From Candidatus Multivoradales bacterium (lineage in GTDB: Bacteria > Acidobacteriota > Thermoanaerobaculia > Multivoradales > J023), in contig CBDFLE010000006.1 in NCBI GenBank assembly GCA_965248925.1, positions 4,224,001-4,288,000 on the forward strand: a stretch of DNA of 64,000 nucleotides, in the 5' to 3' direction. Positions 40,475 to 51,121 of the stretch are shown here, piece by piece. A program made the translations under genes and the position numbers. The stretch's first letter is position 1. Each line of letters starts with the position of its first letter. Under the pieces are notes generated by a model, which worked only from the letters and a program-made list of their open reading frames with translations, searched no databases and had not been told where the DNA came from.

Positions 40475-42319
40475 TCAGTGGCTGGTCGAACCTTCCTTGA
40501 TCTGAGTGATCTCGGCCAATGGGATGGCACTCTGGCCTGCTTTGGCTGCTAGCGTCTCCACCAGGCCACTGGGCCAACGGATCTCCACCTTGGTAATCCG
40601 CTTTGCCCGGCCGAGGCCGAAGTGCAAGCGGGTGGTGCTCTGGCTGGAGTAGGCGTTGCCGCCGTTGACCTCGCGTAAAAAAGTCTCGCCATCGGCGGTG
40701 ATCAGCACTCGGGTGCCGATGGCGTCGCGGTTGGACTTGGTGCCGATCAGCTTGATCTCGACCCAGCCGCCAGCGTTTTCGGTGATGTTGCGGTGCAGCA
40801 GGGCTGGCTGGTTGGCGTTGGTCTGGTAGAGGTCCAGGAGGCCGTCGTTGTCGAAGTCGCCCATGCCCAGGCCGCGGCCGTCGAGGTCGTTGTCCATGTC
40901 GGATTGAGCGCCGATTTCTTTGAAGGTGCCGTCGCCCAAATTGCGGAACATGCGCTGCTTCTGGTAGCCACTCCAGGTCATGTCGCCGATTTCGGGGTAG
41001 CTGTTGATGTCTGAGAAGTCGATGTTCGGCGTGATGATCATCTCTAGCAGCACTGGGATGTAGTTGGTCTCGGAGCGCGAGCGTAGGCCGTCGACGGCGT
41101 AGATGTCTTCCCAACCGTCGTTGTCGAAGTCGCCCCATTTGGCGGCCCATCCCCAATCGGTGTCGCAAGTGCCGGTTTCTTTCGACAGGTCGAGGAAGGT
41201 GCCGTCGCCGTTGTTGGACCACAGCATGTTGCACTCTCTCATGTACTCGTCGGTGATGTTGGTGACGTAGATGTCGAGGTAGCCGTCGCGGTTGTAGTCG
41301 CCCATGTCGACGTTCATGCCTTTGCGAGTGTCAAATCCGACCGCTTCTTCGGTGACGTCTTCGAACCTGCCGTCGCCGAGATTCATGAATAGCCGATCGG
41401 TGCCGTAGTCGCCAGCGATGTAGACGTCCTGGTCGCCATCATTGTCGAGATCGCCACTGCCCAGATCGAGGGACCAGCCGGTGTGGTGCGAGAAGCCGGC
41501 TGGCTCGGTCTGGTTGATAAAACGCCGGCTGCTGTCTGGGCCGGCGACGTTGCGCCAGAAGGTCACCCCGCCGCCGTTATCGGCGTAGTCGAGGTTATTC
41601 GGCATCACGTTCGGGGTGTCGAGGGCGAGCAGGTTGCGGGGTTGGAAGTAGTTGCCGAGCAGCAGGTCGAGCCAACCATCGTTGTCAGCATCAAAAGTGA
41701 TCACCGCGATGGTGTTGCCGAATTCGGTGAGCCCGGTAGCGGCGCTGACCTCGGTGAACCGGGGCACTCCGTCTTTGCCCGGACCCAGGTTGCGGTAGAG
41801 CAGTGGGGTGCCGAAGCGGGCGACTAGAAGGTCGCGCCAGCCGTCGTTGTCGTAGTCCAACCACAGGGCGTCGGCGCAGATCGAGTCGGCATCGTTGCCA
41901 CCGCTGACCCCGGCCTGGACGGCTACGTCGGTGAAGCTCAGCCGGCCCTGCTCATCCAAGCCGTTGTTGCGCATCAGGTGGTGGGGTTTGCCCTCTCCCG
42001 AGTCGACGACGAAGATATCGTCCCAACCGTCGTTGTCGAAATCACCCACTGCGGCTGCTGAGCCGCCGTCGGTGAACATCTCCAGCACCTCGGCCTTGTG
42101 CCGCCGGCCAAATTTGCGGGTGCTGTGGATGAAGCGCACACCGGCCGCCTGGCCGATCTCTTCGAAGAGCATCCGTGGTGCCGCGGGAGGGGTGCCGCTG
42201 GCGGCTTTGGCAGCTGCTTCCGTGGCTTCAGCGGCGGTTCCCCAGCCAGCCACGGCCAGCAGCCAGCCAAGCAGCAGGGCTCCACCAAGAACTCGGCCAC
42301 TGGACCTCGTCTGGCTCAC
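40475..42319 (-). CDS. CRTAC1-family protein (FG-GAP + ASPIC/UnbV), secreted
   Basis: Signal peptide, KGMNVDMGD, NITDEYMRE, WGWAAKWGDFDNDG, NAYSSQSTTRLHFGLG. Confidence 0.92.
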   Translation of the reverse strand: MSQTRSSGRVLGGALLLGWLLAVAGWGTAAEATEAAAKAASGTPPAAPRMLFEEIGQAAGVRFIHSTRKFGRRHKAEVLEMFTDGGSAAAVGDFDNDGWDDIFVVDSGEGKPHHLMRNNGLDEQGRLSFTDVAVQAGVSGGNDADSICADALWLDYDNDGWRDLLVARFGTPLLYRNLGPGKDGVPRFTEVSAATGLTEFGNTIAVITFDADNDGWLDLLLGNYFQPRNLLALDTPNVMPNNLDYADNGGGVTFWRNVAGPDSSRRFINQTEPAGFSHHTGWSLDLGSGDLDNDGDQDVYIAGDYGTDRLFMNLGDGRFEDVTEEAVGFDTRKGMNVDMGDYNRDGYLDIYVTNITDEYMRECNMLWSNNGDGTFLDLSKETGTCDTDWGWAAKWGDFDNDGWEDIYAVDGLRSRSETNYIPVLLEMIITPNIDFSDINSYPEIGDMTWSGYQKQRMFRNLGDGTFKEIGAQSDMDNDLDGRGLGMGDFDNDGLLDLYQTNANQPALLHRNITENAGGWVEIKLIGTKSNRDAIGTRVLITADGETFLREVNGGNAYSSQSTTRLHFGLGRAKRITKVEIRWPSGLVETLAAKAGQSAIPLAEITQIKEGSTSH

Positions 42320-43062
42320 TGTTCAACCACCATAGCCGACAGATCGGTGTCGACCCGGAGACTGGGATCGAAGTATTCGTCGAGATATTTGTCGAGAGCT
42401 TCGCCGGATAGCTCGAGGCGGGTTTTCAGTCCCGCGTGTTGGGGGAATTCCGCTGCCGCTTGCTGCCAGATGGCGCTGGCTCTGTCGAGATCTTTGAGTC
42501 TCCAATGTCCGTCGCCAAGGGCCATCCAGACCCGAGCGTGGGGAGCCAGCCTAGTTTCGTTTTTGAGCAGCTCGAGGGCTTGTTGCAGGTCGTCCATGCC
42601 GTGTTGGATGCGGCCAAAGATCGGCGGCCAGTAGAGGTAGCTGTTGCCGCGGGTGAATAGCGCCAACCAGGTTACTTCGAGCTCGATCGCGGCGGAGAAG
42701 TGGCCGAGAGCGGAGTTGGCCAGCAGAACCTGGGTGATGGCCCCCTCCGAAGGAATCTTGTCGACCAAGGCGTAACCCAGATTGAGAAAAGCGTTCTGCG
42801 CCGTGGGATGGGCTTCGACCAATTGCTCGAAAAATGGCACCGAGCGCTCGTAGGCCTCGGCCTGGATCACTGCCTGGCGGTATCGATTGCCCAGTTGCAA
42901 GTCGTTGGGTGCCTCTTCGAGGGCGGCCTCCAATTGTTCGAGAATAGCGGCCGAGTCCGGAGCTGCCGTGGAACTGGCGCTGGGCGTTGATTCAGCCACC
43001 ACCGCGGTGGTCACGAGCGCAGCCGTCAGCAGGGTGAGGGTTGTGCGGAGCAAGACTCTCAT
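42316..43062 (-). CDS. Secreted TPR-like protein
   Basis: Signal peptide from MRVLLRTT (ATG 43062, coupled to the upstream stop) and helical TPR-like repeats (FLNLGYAL, WMALGDGHW). Confidence 0.8.
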   Translation of the reverse strand: MRVLLRTTLTLLTAALVTTAVVAESTPSASSTAAPDSAAILEQLEAALEEAPNDLQLGNRYRQAVIQAEAYERSVPFFEQLVEAHPTAQNAFLNLGYALVDKIPSEGAITQVLLANSALGHFSAAIELEVTWLALFTRGNSYLYWPPIFGRIQHGMDDLQQALELLKNETRLAPHARVWMALGDGHWRLKDLDRASAIWQQAAAEFPQHAGLKTRLELSGEALDKYLDEYFDPSLRVDTDLSAMVVEQ

Positions 43063-44906
43063 CGTCCGGTTCCTTTTTTGGTAGAGGTCTTCTGAGCTTT
43101 TCGCGGTGACTTCTGCGGCGCGCCAACGGTCAAGGGCCGGGCCTTGCTGCTGCCCTGTTCGAGGTCGTAAATCTGGTTCGACACCAGGTCGGTGAAGGAC
43201 TGGTTTTGGCCGTTGGGCCAGCGTACTTCGAGGCGGTCGATCTTCTCTGTTTGGCCGAGACCGAAGTGGACGCGGTAGGTCGACTGGCTGGCGAAGCCGT
43301 TGCCGCCGTTGACGAAGCTCACCTGGGTGCGGCCACCCGCGGTCAGCCACAGCTTGGCTCCCACCGCCGCCGGGTTGGGTTTTTTGCTACGTAACCGCAA
43401 CTGCAACCAGGTGCCACCCTCTTCGGCGGGGATGACGTTGTGGTAGAGAAAGGGCGGGTTGTTGGCGTTGGTGACGAAGAGGTCGAGCCGGCCATCGTTG
43501 TCGAAGTCGGCCACCGCCACGCCGCGGCCGTCGAGTAGGGAATCAACTCCATGGCGCTCGGCGACATCGGCGAAGAGGGCCCCTTCCTGGTTGTGAAACA
43601 GCGCGTTGTGCTGGTAGCCCGACAGGGTTTTGTCGCCCATTGGCGGCCAGTTGGTGGCATCCGCCAGGTCGACGTCGGGTTGGACGATCAGCTCAAAGAC
43701 ATCGAGCACGTAGTTCTCAGGCCCGGCCGACACCCAGCCATTGACCACGAACAGATCGAGCCAACCGTCGTTGTCGGCGTCGAAAAACTTGCCTGCCCAG
43801 CCCCAGCCGGTGTTGTGGGTGCCGGTTTCGCGGGCGACATCAGCGAAGGTCAGATCCCCTTGGTTCTGCCACAGGAAATTGCCTTCGCGCATGTACTCGT
43901 CGGTGATGTTGGTGACGAAGACATCGAATAGGCCATCGCCATCGAAGTCGCCCCAATCGACATTCATCCCCTTCTTGGTGTCGATGCCGATGGCTTGCTC
44001 GGTGATGTCGGTGAAAGTGCCATCGCCATTGTTGCGAAAGAAGCGGTCGGTGCCAAAATCACAGGCGACATAGAGGTCGTCGTCGCCATCGTGGTCAGCA
44101 TCGGCATGGCCGATATCGAGCGACCAGCCCGATTGGCTGAGTCCAGCCTGCTCGGTGATGTCGGTGAAAGCGCCGTCGCCATTGTTGCGATAGAGGGTCA
44201 GGCCGCCGCCATTGTCGGCGGTTTCGAAGCTCTCGGGGAAAAAGCGTGAGGTCTGCGGATCGAAGAGGTTTACCGGTGCGAAGTAGTTGGCTACAAAGAG
44301 ATCCAGGTCGCCATCGAGATCGTGATCGAAGGCGATGGCGGCGATCGAGTTGAGGTATTCGCGGCCCAGCCCGGCTCGTTCGGTGACCTCGGAAAACGTA
44401 CCGTTACCATTGTTGCGGTAGAGCAGGTTGTGGCCAAAGCGCACCACCAAGAGATCGGGCCAGCCATCGCCGTCGAAGTCAAACCACAGGGCGTTGGAAG
44501 AGGCGTTCTTGGCGTCATTGCCGGCCGCGACCCCAGCCTTCTTACCGATCTCGCTGAAAGTCAGATCGCCATTGTTGCGGTACAGCAGGTTGCGGCCACC
44601 GTCGTCCGAGTCGGTGACGAACAAGTCTTCGAAGCCATCGCCGTCAAAATCCCCTGCCGCCGCCGCCGCGCCGAGGGCGGTATAGCCCTCCATGATGTGG
44701 GCATAGGGATTCTTGAACGAGCGATTGGTGTGCTTGCGAGCCACCCCGGCAGCGGCGGTGATGTCGCTAAACCAGCTGGCCGGGGCGGGCTGAGCAGCGC
44801 TCTGCTCTTCCTCAGCCGCGAGCACCCCGCTCAGAGTCAACCCCAGGAGCGCTAGCCTGCTAGCTAGCCGCATCTTCGTCGCCTTGGTCGGCCGTTTCTT
44901 GGCCAT
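43059..44906 (-). CDS. CRTAC1-family protein (FG-GAP + ASPIC/UnbV), secreted
   Basis: Signal peptide, KGMNVDWGD, NITDEYMRE, GWGWAGKFFDADNDG, FASQSTYRVHFGLG. Start is 44906 or 44873. Confidence 0.9.
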   Translation of the reverse strand: MAKKRPTKATKMRLASRLALLGLTLSGVLAAEEEQSAAQPAPASWFSDITAAAGVARKHTNRSFKNPYAHIMEGYTALGAAAAAGDFDGDGFEDLFVTDSDDGGRNLLYRNNGDLTFSEIGKKAGVAAGNDAKNASSNALWFDFDGDGWPDLLVVRFGHNLLYRNNGNGTFSEVTERAGLGREYLNSIAAIAFDHDLDGDLDLFVANYFAPVNLFDPQTSRFFPESFETADNGGGLTLYRNNGDGAFTDITEQAGLSQSGWSLDIGHADADHDGDDDLYVACDFGTDRFFRNNGDGTFTDITEQAIGIDTKKGMNVDWGDFDGDGLFDVFVTNITDEYMREGNFLWQNQGDLTFADVARETGTHNTGWGWAGKFFDADNDGWLDLFVVNGWVSAGPENYVLDVFELIVQPDVDLADATNWPPMGDKTLSGYQHNALFHNQEGALFADVAERHGVDSLLDGRGVAVADFDNDGRLDLFVTNANNPPFLYHNVIPAEEGGTWLQLRLRSKKPNPAAVGAKLWLTAGGRTQVSFVNGGNGFASQSTYRVHFGLGQTEKIDRLEVRWPNGQNQSFTDLVSNQIYDLEQGSSKARPLTVGAPQKSPRKAQKTSTKKGTGR

Positions 44907-47297
44907 CTTGAGCTGCCGGGTCAGAGAGTGATTCGTAGTGCTTCTCGACCAGATCCTGCCGTCCTTCGACGATCTCGACAATGCGGTTGGCGGCGACGGC
45001 GGAGAATTTCTGCACCTTGCCAGACCGGGGCCAGCGCACTTCGAGTTGATCGACCTGGGTGGCGCTGCCAAGTCCGAAGTGAACGCGCAGCGTATTCTGG
45101 GATCCATAGCCATCGCCCAACGCCACCTCGCGGGTCTGCAAGGTGTTTCCCTGATGAATGGTGATTCGCGCGCCGACCGCATCGCGATTGGTGCCGTCGG
45201 CCAGGGTGGTGGCGGCGCCCACTAGCTCGATCGCCAACCAACTGCGCGCCTGGCCGACATCGTTGCGCAGCAGGGCGTGGCGATCGGTGGAGGCGGCGAT
45301 GGCGATGTCGAGCACTCCACGGTTCCAGAAATCGGCAAACGCGATGCCGCGGCTGTTGACCAGCAAGTCGCTGTCGGAGGCGCGGCCGATCTCTTTGAAG
45401 GTGCCGTCGCCGTTGTTGACCAGGTGCCGGTTGCGCTCCCAACCGTGCCAGGAACGGCGGCCGAAGAAGTTGGGGTCAAAGAAAACGCCGGTTTTGTACT
45501 CTTGCATCTTTGACACCACGTTGTTCAAGAACTCGAGTTCGATCTCGCTGTCCTGATCGTTGTAGACCCAGCCGTTGGCGGAGTAGATGTCCTGCCAGCC
45601 ATCGTTGTCGAAATCGGCGAAACCCGAACCCCAGAACCAACCCGGTGGATTGGCACTGGCATCCCAGGTGGTGTCTGCGAAGGTGCCGTCGCCACGGTTG
45701 CGCAGCAGCGTGTTACCCGAGGCCATGTCTTTGAACACTTTGATGAACTGCAAGCCGCTCTGACGCATGATCTCGAAGTAGAGGGGCATATCGCTCTTCC
45801 ACACCCCTTGGCGCCAGGTGTTGAGCATGTAGCGCATCACCGTCGGGCCCTCGGCGAACCAGCCTTCCTCGGAGCGGATATGGGCGACATAGATGTCGAG
45901 CAGGCCATCGTTGTCGTAGTCGCCGAAAGAGGCGCTCATACCGGCGCCATAGGCCAGAGTGCCCGACGCGACGGTGACATCGGTGAAGCTGCCGTCGCCT
46001 TCGTTGCGGTAGAGGGTCTTGCGGCCAAAATCGTTGACTACGTAGAGGTCGGCGTCGCCATCGTCGTCGTAGTCGCCAAACACCGTGCCGAGGCAGAGAC
46101 CGATCTCACCCACCCCGGCATCCTCAGTGACATTGGTGAAAGTGCCGTCGCCGTTGTTGCGGTAGAGCTGATTGGACTCGCCGTTGCGAGCGTAAAAAGT
46201 GGTCGGGATGTCGGTACGTGGATCGAGGTAGCGGCCGACATAGAGATCGAGCAGGCCGTCGTTGTCGTAGTCGCCCCAGGAGCCGACCGTGGTGCAGCAG
46301 TCGGCGTCTAGGCCGGCCACTGAGGTGACATCGGTGAAGGTGCCGTCGCCATCGTTGTGAAACAACTGATTGGGCTCGAAGGTGCGGCTGACGAAGAAGT
46401 CCTTGTGACCGTCATTGTCATAGTCGGCAAACAGTCCGACGCCGACTCCCGAGAGGCCCGACAAGCCAGCGCGGCGGTGATGTCCTCAAAAGTGCCGTCG
46501 CGGCGGTTGCGTAGCAGTCTGGCCTCTACCCCGTCGGGAATAAACAAGTCGTAGAAGCCGTCGTTGTCGATGTCGACGGCGGAAATCCCTGCCGGACCAT
46601 AGCGCAGCATGCCGAATTTCAAGTCTTCGCTGAGAAAACGGGGGTAGTACTGATTTTCGAAGTCGATGCCAGCAGCGGTGGCGACGTTGGTGAAGTGGGC
46701 GCCTTGGTTGATCACCCGATCGCCCTTGATCAGTTCACCACCACGGATCCGCAGCCCCTCGGCAGTGGTGGTCAGGTGCAGGCGGAAGAAAGCGCGATCG
46801 ATGCCGGCCCGAGGCTCGCCGCGGGGGGTGCCGATCAGTTCGAAGCGGGCGCTGATCACGATATCTTCGGGATCCCTCCAACTCTCCAGCTTGTCCACGT
46901 AGAGCCCGACTTCGTCGACCTGATCGAAACCTGCCAGGTAGGCCCGCCATTCGTCGATCGCGACTTGGCGATCCGTGGCGACGCCATTACTGGCGAAATT
47001 GGAGATGCGCACCCCATCTCGCTCACTGCTCAGCTGCAGGCTGGCCAAGCCGAGGCGTTGGCCGCTGTAAACCTCGGCGAAGCAAGCATCGACCTCGCCA
47101 AAGTCGCCGGTCCGCAGTCCGCGGGCTAGCTGGTCCAGGGTGTCGACCGCGGCCTTGCCGGTATTGAAGAAGTTCCAACCACTACGGTCGATCTTGTTGG
47201 CGACCAGCATGTAAGTGGGGAAGCAGAGGACGATCAGCGCCAGCAACAACAGCAGCCGGCGTCGGGTACGGGGTTTTCTCGGGCCTTTTGAGCTCAT
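44860..47297 (-). pseudogene. CRTAC1-family protein with extra N-terminal domain, split by a 1-nt frameshift near 46470
   Basis: ORFs 46308..47297 and 44860..46464 join as ..DGTFEDITAA/AGLSGLSGVGVGLFADYDND if one base is restored in GCCGC-GCTGGC. Could be a real lesion or a sequencing error. Confidence 0.85.
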
Positions 47298-47366
47298 AGC
47301 ACTCTCTCGAGAGTTGAGGGCGATCGATCGTTAAGTTTGGATGTGGCTGGTTGCAGGCAGGCTTGA

Positions 47367-47395
47367 AGGATGACCGAGGGGCTGGCGGGCGTCAA
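47367..47395 (-). promoter_or_regulatory. Possible sigma70 promoter TTGACG-N17-CATCCT for the CRTAC operon
   Basis: Good -35 and spacing, weak -10. Confidence 0.3.
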
Positions 47396-47499
47396 GAATC
47401 ACCTGGACTAAAAAAGGACTACGGGGTAGTGAAATGCCCTTTGCGGCCGTAGTGGCCACCCACGTCTCGGCTAATATCAGGCTTTGAGGAGGAATCGAA

Positions 47500-48522
47500 A
47501 TGGCTCCCAAAGCCGCGCCCGCAGATCCCATTCGCTACAGTGCTGCCGCCTGCCAGGTGGATTTCCCCAATCCGGCCGACCGTTCCGGCATTCGTCCCCA
47601 CGTCGACCGCATGCTGGAGATGATCGACCATGCGGTGGGCGGCTACCAGCCCTTCCTGCCGGTCAAGTTGCTGGTCTTTCCCGAGTTCGCTCACGCCGCA
47701 CCCGTCTACCCGGATCTCTCGACCCTCTACGACAAGCTGGCTGTAGAGATCCCCAACCAGCACACCGAGCGTTACATCGCCAAAGCCAAAGAGCACGGGG
47801 TCTACATCCAGACCGGAACCTTCCTAGAGCGCGATGCCAAGTATCCCGGCCTGGTGTTCAACGCCACCTGCTTGATCGGCCCCGAGGGCATCCTGAGCAA
47901 GTACCGCAAGGTCAACACTTGGATCCCGTGGGAAGTCCACGCCAGCCCCCACGATCTGCCCGACTACGAAGAAGAACTCTTCCCGGTAGTCGAGACTCCG
48001 ATCGGCAAGCTTGGCTGCGCGATTTGCTACGACTGGATATTCCCCGAAGTGCTCCGCCAACTGACCGCCAATGGTGCCGAAGTGCTGATCCGAGTCTCGG
48101 CTTACATGGATCCTTGGGGCGCCACCGAGCCGATGGATTGGTGGACCACCGTCAACCGTTGCCGGGCGCTCGAGAACATGGCCTTCGTGGTCGCTTCCAA
48201 TCAGGCTGCCCAGCTGAGCCACTATCCCCCCTTCTCCTGGCCTGGCGGCTCGATGGTGGTCGATTTCGACGGCCGCTTGCTAGCCCAAGCCGACCCTGGT
48301 CCAGGAGAGAAGATCATCATCGCCCCGATCGACATCACCGCCTTACGCCACGAGCGCAAAGTGCGCCGCGGCCACCAGAACTTCGCCCACCTGCGCAGCG
48401 AGGCCTATCCCTTGTACCGGCAGTCCTGGTACCCCTCAGGCCGCGGGGCAGAGCACGAGAACCTGAGTGTCGAGCAGATCGACCAGGCAATAGCCGAGGG
48501 GAAGAAAAAGGCAGGCTACTAG
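47500..48522 (+). CDS. Carbon-nitrogen hydrolase (nitrilase superfamily)
   Basis: Catalytic triad motifs VFPEF, KYRK, AICYD; RCRALEN; GGSMVVDFDG; GAGGAGG RBS. Confidence 0.92.
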   Translation: MAPKAAPADPIRYSAAACQVDFPNPADRSGIRPHVDRMLEMIDHAVGGYQPFLPVKLLVFPEFAHAAPVYPDLSTLYDKLAVEIPNQHTERYIAKAKEHGVYIQTGTFLERDAKYPGLVFNATCLIGPEGILSKYRKVNTWIPWEVHASPHDLPDYEEELFPVVETPIGKLGCAICYDWIFPEVLRQLTANGAEVLIRVSAYMDPWGATEPMDWWTTVNRCRALENMAFVVASNQAAQLSHYPPFSWPGGSMVVDFDGRLLAQADPGPGEKIIIAPIDITALRHERKVRRGHQNFAHLRSEAYPLYRQSWYPSGRGAEHENLSVEQIDQAIAEGKKKAGY

Positions 48523-48815
48523 CGACCGCCCTCCAAAGGATCCCTTAGAGGTTCCACCCCTTTCTACGAGAGGCCGCGGTTTTTGAGCGTTGCGGTCTCC
48601 TTGAAGGCTGACCGATGGTCCTAGGATGCTGCGAAAAGCTTCCGTGGTGGCTGTCCGCGCGGATACTCTTGACCCTTCTGCACCAGCTGGTTGTTCAAGC
48701 GCAAAACTCCCCTGGTGCCCGCCACAGCCGGTGGGCAGGTTTACTGCGATCGTTGTGTTTATGACTCCAAATCCCAATTGGCCAGTTTCCAATGGCCGGC
48801 CGCGACCGGACTTGG

Positions 48816-49736
48816 CTACAAATCTACAAAGGCCAAAGCGGGCGGAAAGCAACCGGCTGGAAAACACACGCTCTGTTCACCGGCCAGAAGCCGCTTGGCC
48901 GCAATTCTGTACGCCATCACGAAGAGTCGGTAAGCTTCACGAAAGGCCCGGCGAACGGCTCGGCTGGTGGTATGTACAAGGGGAGCAGGAGAGCGCTCGA
49001 TGATTCCCGGCTTCGCTTGCGGGTCCTGCAGCAAAATGGCCTCGGTACCCAGAGGCTCTACACCCCGTCGTTCTCTGTCGGCAAGCGCTGTGGCCTCGAT
49101 ATCCTCGACCAACTCGGCAATGCGGGTTCGGTACTTGGCCTCGTCAAGATCTCGCCAACAGGGCAGTGCATCAAAGCTGAGGCTTTCGAATCGCGCGTGG
49201 GTGTAAAATCCGCAGTTCTCATTGCGCTGGCGAGCCGCAGACTCGGCACTGCGATCAAACCAGTAGCCCACCAGCGGCTCGCCGGTCAGTAACGAGCCTG
49301 CCGCGTGAACTCCGGGCCAATCGACACAGCGAGCCACGAGATTTTCCTTGACTCCATGGCTCAGCAGGTATCGCAGCCGAGCGATCTGGACCTCAGGCTC
49401 ATCGCTGACTGTGATCGAGGCGTATCGGCGTCCCCAGATCCTCTCGCTCCAGCCAGTGGCGCGGCGAATCTCTTTGGCTATCTTGGAAGCAATATATCCC
49501 TGGAAGTCGGCCAGCTGCTTGGCGCTGTCGACCTCTAACAGGAGATGTAGGTGGTTGCTAAGCACCACCGCGCAGACGATCCGCACGCCGTAGCGCTGCT
49601 TGGCAGCGGCGAAGGTGCCAACGATCATCTCATTGAACGTGCGGCTCGGCCGGAGCAGCATGCGGCCTTGCATGATTCGGCAAGTGGTTTCGACGAGGGT
49701 TCCCGGTTCTGCGATGTAACGAAGCTTTCTTGCCAT
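48816..49736 (-). mobile_element. REP-associated tyrosine (Y1/HUH) transposase, RAYT-like
   Basis: MARKLRY, VVLSNHLHLLL (HUH), IWGRRY, RYLLSHGVKENLV..DWPG. Confidence 0.85.
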
Positions 49737-50139
49737 TGTCGGTCTCCTTTTCAAAGGAGACGCAGAACGTTCGGGCAATCTTGCATCGGAGGGCGAGAAA
49801 CTTTGGTACCAACCAGAGGACGCGCCCCCTCCTCCAGGATGCCTTCCTCTAATCCAAAGGATCAGCAGGCTCTCCTGCATCGCGTCGAAGTGATTTCCGA
49901 ACTTGGCCGCTTTGAATCACCGGTGCCGGTAGGTCGATTGGAGCCGCCGACCCCAGCCGGCAATGTAGGCCGCATTCTGCCAATCGCTGATGTTGCGGAA
50001 GGCCTCGCTCACTGCCTCCTGCAGAATCGCCAGCTGCTCGCTGATGCTGCCAGAGCGGGAAGCGAATGGACTCTTCGGCAATTCGGCCAGCAAGATTAGG
50101 GTCCCTCCCGAGCCAAAAACGTGCCATCGGAATCGTCGA

Positions 50140-50570
50140 GGCAGTCTCGGCCCCGACGCTTACTTCCTGGAGCCAATCGATCACCAGAGCCTCGAACAGC
50201 GCCGGGAAGCGAGAGCTGGGCTCACTCCACTGGGCACGGACCTGGAGCACACCATGATCCGGGCATTCGATCCGAGGCACTTGGGCCACTAGCACGTCCG
50301 GTGCTGGCAGGTATCCAGGTGCCGCCAGCGACGAAAGCGGTTGTCGTAGCCGCTGTACGCCTTGCCGCATTCAGGACAGGGTGGGCGCCTCTCGCCGTTG
50401 ACCAAGTGCACCAAGACCTCACCTTCATCCAAGGCCCGGTCTACTTCTGTGACTCGCCACGGCGATTCGATGCTCAAGATCTTCGCGTACAGGTTCTTTG
50501 TCTCGCATCCAGCCAGTCAATCCACAGGTTAACTACCGCGTCACCTACCCACACAAGATACAGATGCGCT
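50140..50570 (-). mobile_element. ISL3-family transposase 5' remnant (frameshifted, truncated)
   Basis: MRDK/LYAKILSIESPWRVTEV..CPECG..YD..RRWRHLDTCQ/LVAQVPRIECPDHGVLQV..W.EP.SRF.ALFEALVIDWL, with two frameshifts. Confidence 0.85.
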
Positions 50571-50813
50571 GCCCGCTTGATCTCGTCTACCGAGACCCTC
50601 GCCGCCGCCCTGACCCAAAGTGGAGATTTGCTCTTGCTCCTGGCAGTCGATCACCTGGCCTGGATCCGAGGTCTTGGAGCTCTGAGTCAAGCGGTTGACC
50701 ATGGCGGGCTGGAGGCAGGCTTCGAGGGTGGTGGTGTGCTACTTCTGCAAGGGGACCTCATCGCAGGGGCTCGCCGAGAGCTTGAAGCTCTTGGCTGGAT
50801 GATCGAAACCAGG

Positions 50814-50936
50814 GCTGTGCTGGCCCTGCCGATCTCTCGCCAGGGCCTCGAGCCGATTGCCGGGAGGAATCCGCAGGTCCCCAAGTCGCTCGGCGGAGTC
50901 AATCTGGTCAAGCTTGCGGCCAGCGACCTCCCAGAT
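50814..50936 (-). pseudogene. higB: HigB-family toxin fragment
   Basis: [41 protein letters not shown]; the N-terminus and the IRINDQ tail are missing. Confidence 0.75.
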
Positions 50937-51121
50937 TCGATCACCACAGAGGCAATCTGACCCATCCGGGTGACCCCTACCCCGTTGCAGCCGGGGCGAG
51001 TGTCGGCGGGAAAGAACGTCGGTGGCGACCCCAGCCTCTTCAACGAGCTGCCGAGCTGAGATGGATGCCGCGTTCTTGGCCACGGACACCTCCCGAGCCC
51101 GCTTCCAGATAGGATCGGCCG

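Noticed and set aside
40475-47297. Enediyne biosynthetic cluster, suggested by the UnbV domains
   Set aside because: No iterative PKS, thioesterase or other recognisable enediyne core genes in the window.
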